In this document: positions 54,495 through 56,808 of the stretch, one piece after another
How the letters are laid out: each line of letters opens with the position of its first letter
How positions within the stretch are numbered: position 1 is the stretch's first letter
DNA from: a virus
Taxonomy: Duplodnaviria > Caudoviricetes
Direction: 5' to 3' (one strand)
Length of the DNA: 56,808 bases
IMG/VR virus record: IMGVR_UViG_3300039916_000013
Location: 1-56,808 of that record
Translations under genes and position numbers: made by a program
Notes under the pieces: generated by a model
Told to the model about the DNA's origin: nothing
The model's database searches: none
Seen by the model: the letters and a program-made list of their open reading frames with translations, nothing else

Positions 54495-54751
54495 CCGAAC
54501 AGAAGAACCCAGCAGCCGAAACGAAAACGAGCGATGTAACTCTAGCACGCTGCAGATCGTCAGTGGTCTTTGAGCGTCAGTTCCCCTCGATGCTAAAGCG
54601 AAATCGAGCAAAGCATTTGTACGGGACCGTTTTGCGCCGCACGAGCAGCCCGGATTTGTTCCTAGTAAGGTGGGACGGATACAAAACTGCCCACCGGCTT
54701 CACGTCACCATGTTCAACATTGCCGAACCTTGGGCGGGGAAGAATCCATGA
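54491..54751 (+). CDS. Hypothetical protein
   Basis: GGAGG RBS, ATGA-coupled. Confidence 0.65.
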   Translation: MTEQKNPAAETKTSDVTLARCRSSVVFERQFPSMLKRNRAKHLYGTVLRRTSSPDLFLVRWDGYKTAHRLHVTMFNIAEPWAGKNP

Positions 54752-54957
54752 CCGAACAGAACAAGCAGTCTGATACCCCAGCGCCCGCGCAGCATACGAT
54801 TTCGACAGAAGTCGCGTGGAAGGACGGTTTCATCGTCGGCCAAGCCAACCCCGGAATGAATGTTCAGTGGCTTTGGATGCAGCGTCGTGATGCGCTCAAG
54901 ACCCCGGCACCCGAAACGAGGGCGCAGGGTCCGAACGCAGAAAGGGTGGAGAGATGA
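54748..54957 (+). CDS. Hypothetical protein
   Basis: ATGA-coupled. Confidence 0.6.
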   Translation: MTEQNKQSDTPAPAQHTISTEVAWKDGFIVGQANPGMNVQWLWMQRRDALKTPAPETRAQGPNAERVER

Positions 54958-55307
54958 TGACGGGTTTGCCAACGGTATTCACCCCCGAGCAGGTCGCTGA
55001 ACACATCGGCTGCAGCGAGCGCACTTTGCGCGAACTCGCACGAGAGCTTGGCGCTTGCCGGATTTTGGGCAATCGTATGGTGCTCACCCAACAAGACTTT
55101 GACGCGATCATGGAGGCCAGCAGGCCATGCCCCTCACCCTCTACAAGCGCCCCGGCGGTAAAATCTACCACTACCGTGGCTCTATCAACGGGCAAAGGCT
55201 ACGCGGGTCTACTGGAACTGCGAAGAAAGCAATCGCAGAGCGATTCATCAGCCAGCTCGAGGAAAAGCACTGGAAAGGTGATTTCGATGGCCCCGAAGCC
55301 ATCCTGA
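54954..55307 (+). CDS. Excisionase-like HTH protein
   Basis: TPEQVAEHIGCSERTLRELAR; directly upstream of and overlapping the integrase. Confidence 0.75.
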   Translation: MMTGLPTVFTPEQVAEHIGCSERTLRELARELGACRILGNRMVLTQQDFDAIMEASRPCPSPSTSAPAVKSTTTVALSTGKGYAGLLELRRKQSQSDSSASSRKSTGKVISMAPKPS

Positions 55308-56131
55308 GATTTTCCGACGCGGCTGCCCACTACCGGCTGGCCGAACGATCGCACCGGTTCCTCTCAATGGTCGAGGACTATTGGAAGGATACGCTCGTGA
55401 AATCGATCACCTCAGGGGCCGTGCGTAAAGCCGCGATGGCGCTTTACCCGAAGGCGACAGGGGCAACGCGAAATCGTCACGTGATCGTTCCGACGCAGGC
55501 AGTGATCAACCACGCCGCATCGCTCGATCTATGCAGCCCGCTGAAGGTTGAGCGATTCCCAGAGAATTACAAGATCAAGACGCCGGTGACATGGGAATGG
55601 GTGCAGGCCTTCATGGCCGCATCGAACCCGCACCTGGCGGCGCTCTGCTGTTTCATGTTCTTGACCGGCGCCAGAGTGAGCGAGGCCATCAATCTTCGTT
55701 GGGAGGATGTGGATCTCGTTAAGCGCCGCGCAAAAATCCGGCAGACAAAGATCGGGGACGAGCGCAATGCTCATCTGCCGGCCGCACTTATCGCTGCAAT
55801 TGCGAATATCGAGAGCAATCGGGAACGTGGGTCAAAGGTCTTTAAATATTCGACGCGAAGCACAGCCAACCCGCAATGGATGAAGGCTTGCAAGCGCGCG
55901 GGCATTCCGTTCTACAGCTTCCATTGCTGCCGGCATGGGTTCGCTACCTCGCTCTTGCACAAGGGCGTCGATCCGATCACTGTTTCGAAGCTTGGCGGGT
56001 GGAAGTCTGCGCAGCACGTCTTTGAGACATACGGGCACGCGATGAGCGACGATACCCTCGCGGATCGGCTGACTGACACAGCCGACAGCGTCGTACGGCT
56101 CGGAAATATTTCAAAGTCGGACGCTTCATGA
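55127..56131 (+). CDS. int: Tyrosine integrase
   Basis: TGARVSEA, TK, HCCRH, LGGW...TYGH catalytic residues. Confidence 0.93.
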   Translation: MPLTLYKRPGGKIYHYRGSINGQRLRGSTGTAKKAIAERFISQLEEKHWKGDFDGPEAILRFSDAAAHYRLAERSHRFLSMVEDYWKDTLVKSITSGAVRKAAMALYPKATGATRNRHVIVPTQAVINHAASLDLCSPLKVERFPENYKIKTPVTWEWVQAFMAASNPHLAALCCFMFLTGARVSEAINLRWEDVDLVKRRAKIRQTKIGDERNAHLPAALIAAIANIESNRERGSKVFKYSTRSTANPQWMKACKRAGIPFYSFHCCRHGFATSLLHKGVDPITVSKLGGWKSAQHVFETYGHAMSDDTLADRLTDTADSVVRLGNISKSDAS

Positions 56132-56808
56132 TCACCACTCTGCACAAAGTGACGATTACCTCCCTCCTCAACAAAGACGTTAAGGTCTTCGAGATCGCGT
56201 CCATCATCGACGCAACTGAACAGCACGTCAGAGATTTGTGCGACGGCAGGGTTTCCCCGACGAGCAGAGAGCTTGCCATATTTCGGCTCATTGCCAACGT
56301 GCCGCGCGTCAGGCTTCGGAATATCTTAGATGCGCTTGAGGAAGGCAGCGAATGGCGGAGGATCCCCGGCTATTCGCGATACGAGGCAAGCGTAGACGGG
56401 CATATCCGCCGAGCGGTCGCGGGACATGGTTCAATGCCTGGTCACGTCCTACGGCCAAAGCAAAGCGAAAGTGGCCATTACCTCGTCAACGTCTCGTCGG
56501 ACAGTGGCAAAATACGTTCCGTTGGCGTCCACGCTCTTGTCTGTATGGCCTTCCACGGTTTGCCTCCGTCGAAGAATCACATGGCATGCCACCGGGATGA
56601 TGTTAAGTCCGACAACTCGAAGGGCAACCTGTATTGGGGACCTGCAATGCAGAACGCCAGAGATAGATCGCGGAATGCCTATTCCACAAAAAGTGGCACA
56701 CCACTGACACAAGGCCCATTTTCATACGGACCGCCGACCCTAAAACAGCTCCGAGATTTCAACAAAAAATCAATGGCTTACAGGCTAAAACTGCTTGTTG
56801 AAAAGTGA
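56128..56808 (+). CDS. HTH + NUMOD4 + HNH endonuclease
   Basis: EWRRIPGYSRYEAS.DG.IRR; VH.LVC.AFHG.PP...ACHRDD.KSDN...NLYWG...N. Confidence 0.85.
   Translation: MITTLHKVTITSLLNKDVKVFEIASIIDATEQHVRDLCDGRVSPTSRELAIFRLIANVPRVRLRNILDALEEGSEWRRIPGYSRYEASVDGHIRRAVAGHGSMPGHVLRPKQSESGHYLVNVSSDSGKIRSVGVHALVCMAFHGLPPSKNHMACHRDDVKSDNSKGNLYWGPAMQNARDRSRNAYSTKSGTPLTQGPFSYGPPTLKQLRDFNKKSMAYRLKLLVEK

Larger units (their letters stand above)
54283..54761 (+). repeat. Three identical 16-nt repeats CCATGACCGAACAGAA at consecutive gene starts
   Basis: 54283-54298, 54489-54504, 54746-54761. Confidence 0.9.
1..56808. mobile_element. Temperate siphovirus-like prophage (boundaries and att sites not resolved)
   Basis: Lambdoid module order: integrase/xis, recombination, cI/cro, replication, terminase, portal, scaffold, capsid, tail, tape measure, tail tip, endolysin. 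Confidence 0.95.

Overview
The window holds an apparently near-complete temperate, long-tailed (siphovirus-like) prophage. The host is probably a rhizobial alphaproteobacterium, inferred from alpha-type LexA boxes, a GapR/DUF2312 homologue and an alpha-type tRNA-fMet. From right to left it carries: integrase/excisionase and a + strand early recombination operon (48.9-56.8 kb); an immunity region with cI, cro, CGTAC-N5-GTAC operators and a BstA-like abortive-infection gene (45.9-48.8 kb); a - strand replication/early operon (37.8-46.1 kb); a tRNA-fMet; packaging, head and tail genes including a 2338-aa tail-tip/fibre protein (10.9-34.5 kb); a split lysis region; and an accessory left end. No att site could be identified. 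Best leads: (1) a non-coding 8.3-9.5 kb island of repeated + strand RNA hairpins with a 254-nt period, a LexA box and two hydrophobic micro-ORFs; (2) a translationally coupled three-gene operon (2.6-4.5 kb) resembling a chaperone/antitoxin/toxin defence module; (3) five C-AGU-G hairpins around the scaffold and capsid starts; (4) a three-gene cassette array whose genes share an identical 16-nt start; (5) tandem divergent paralogues and several unannotated micro-ORFs. All family assignments come from motif recognition by eye, not database searches.
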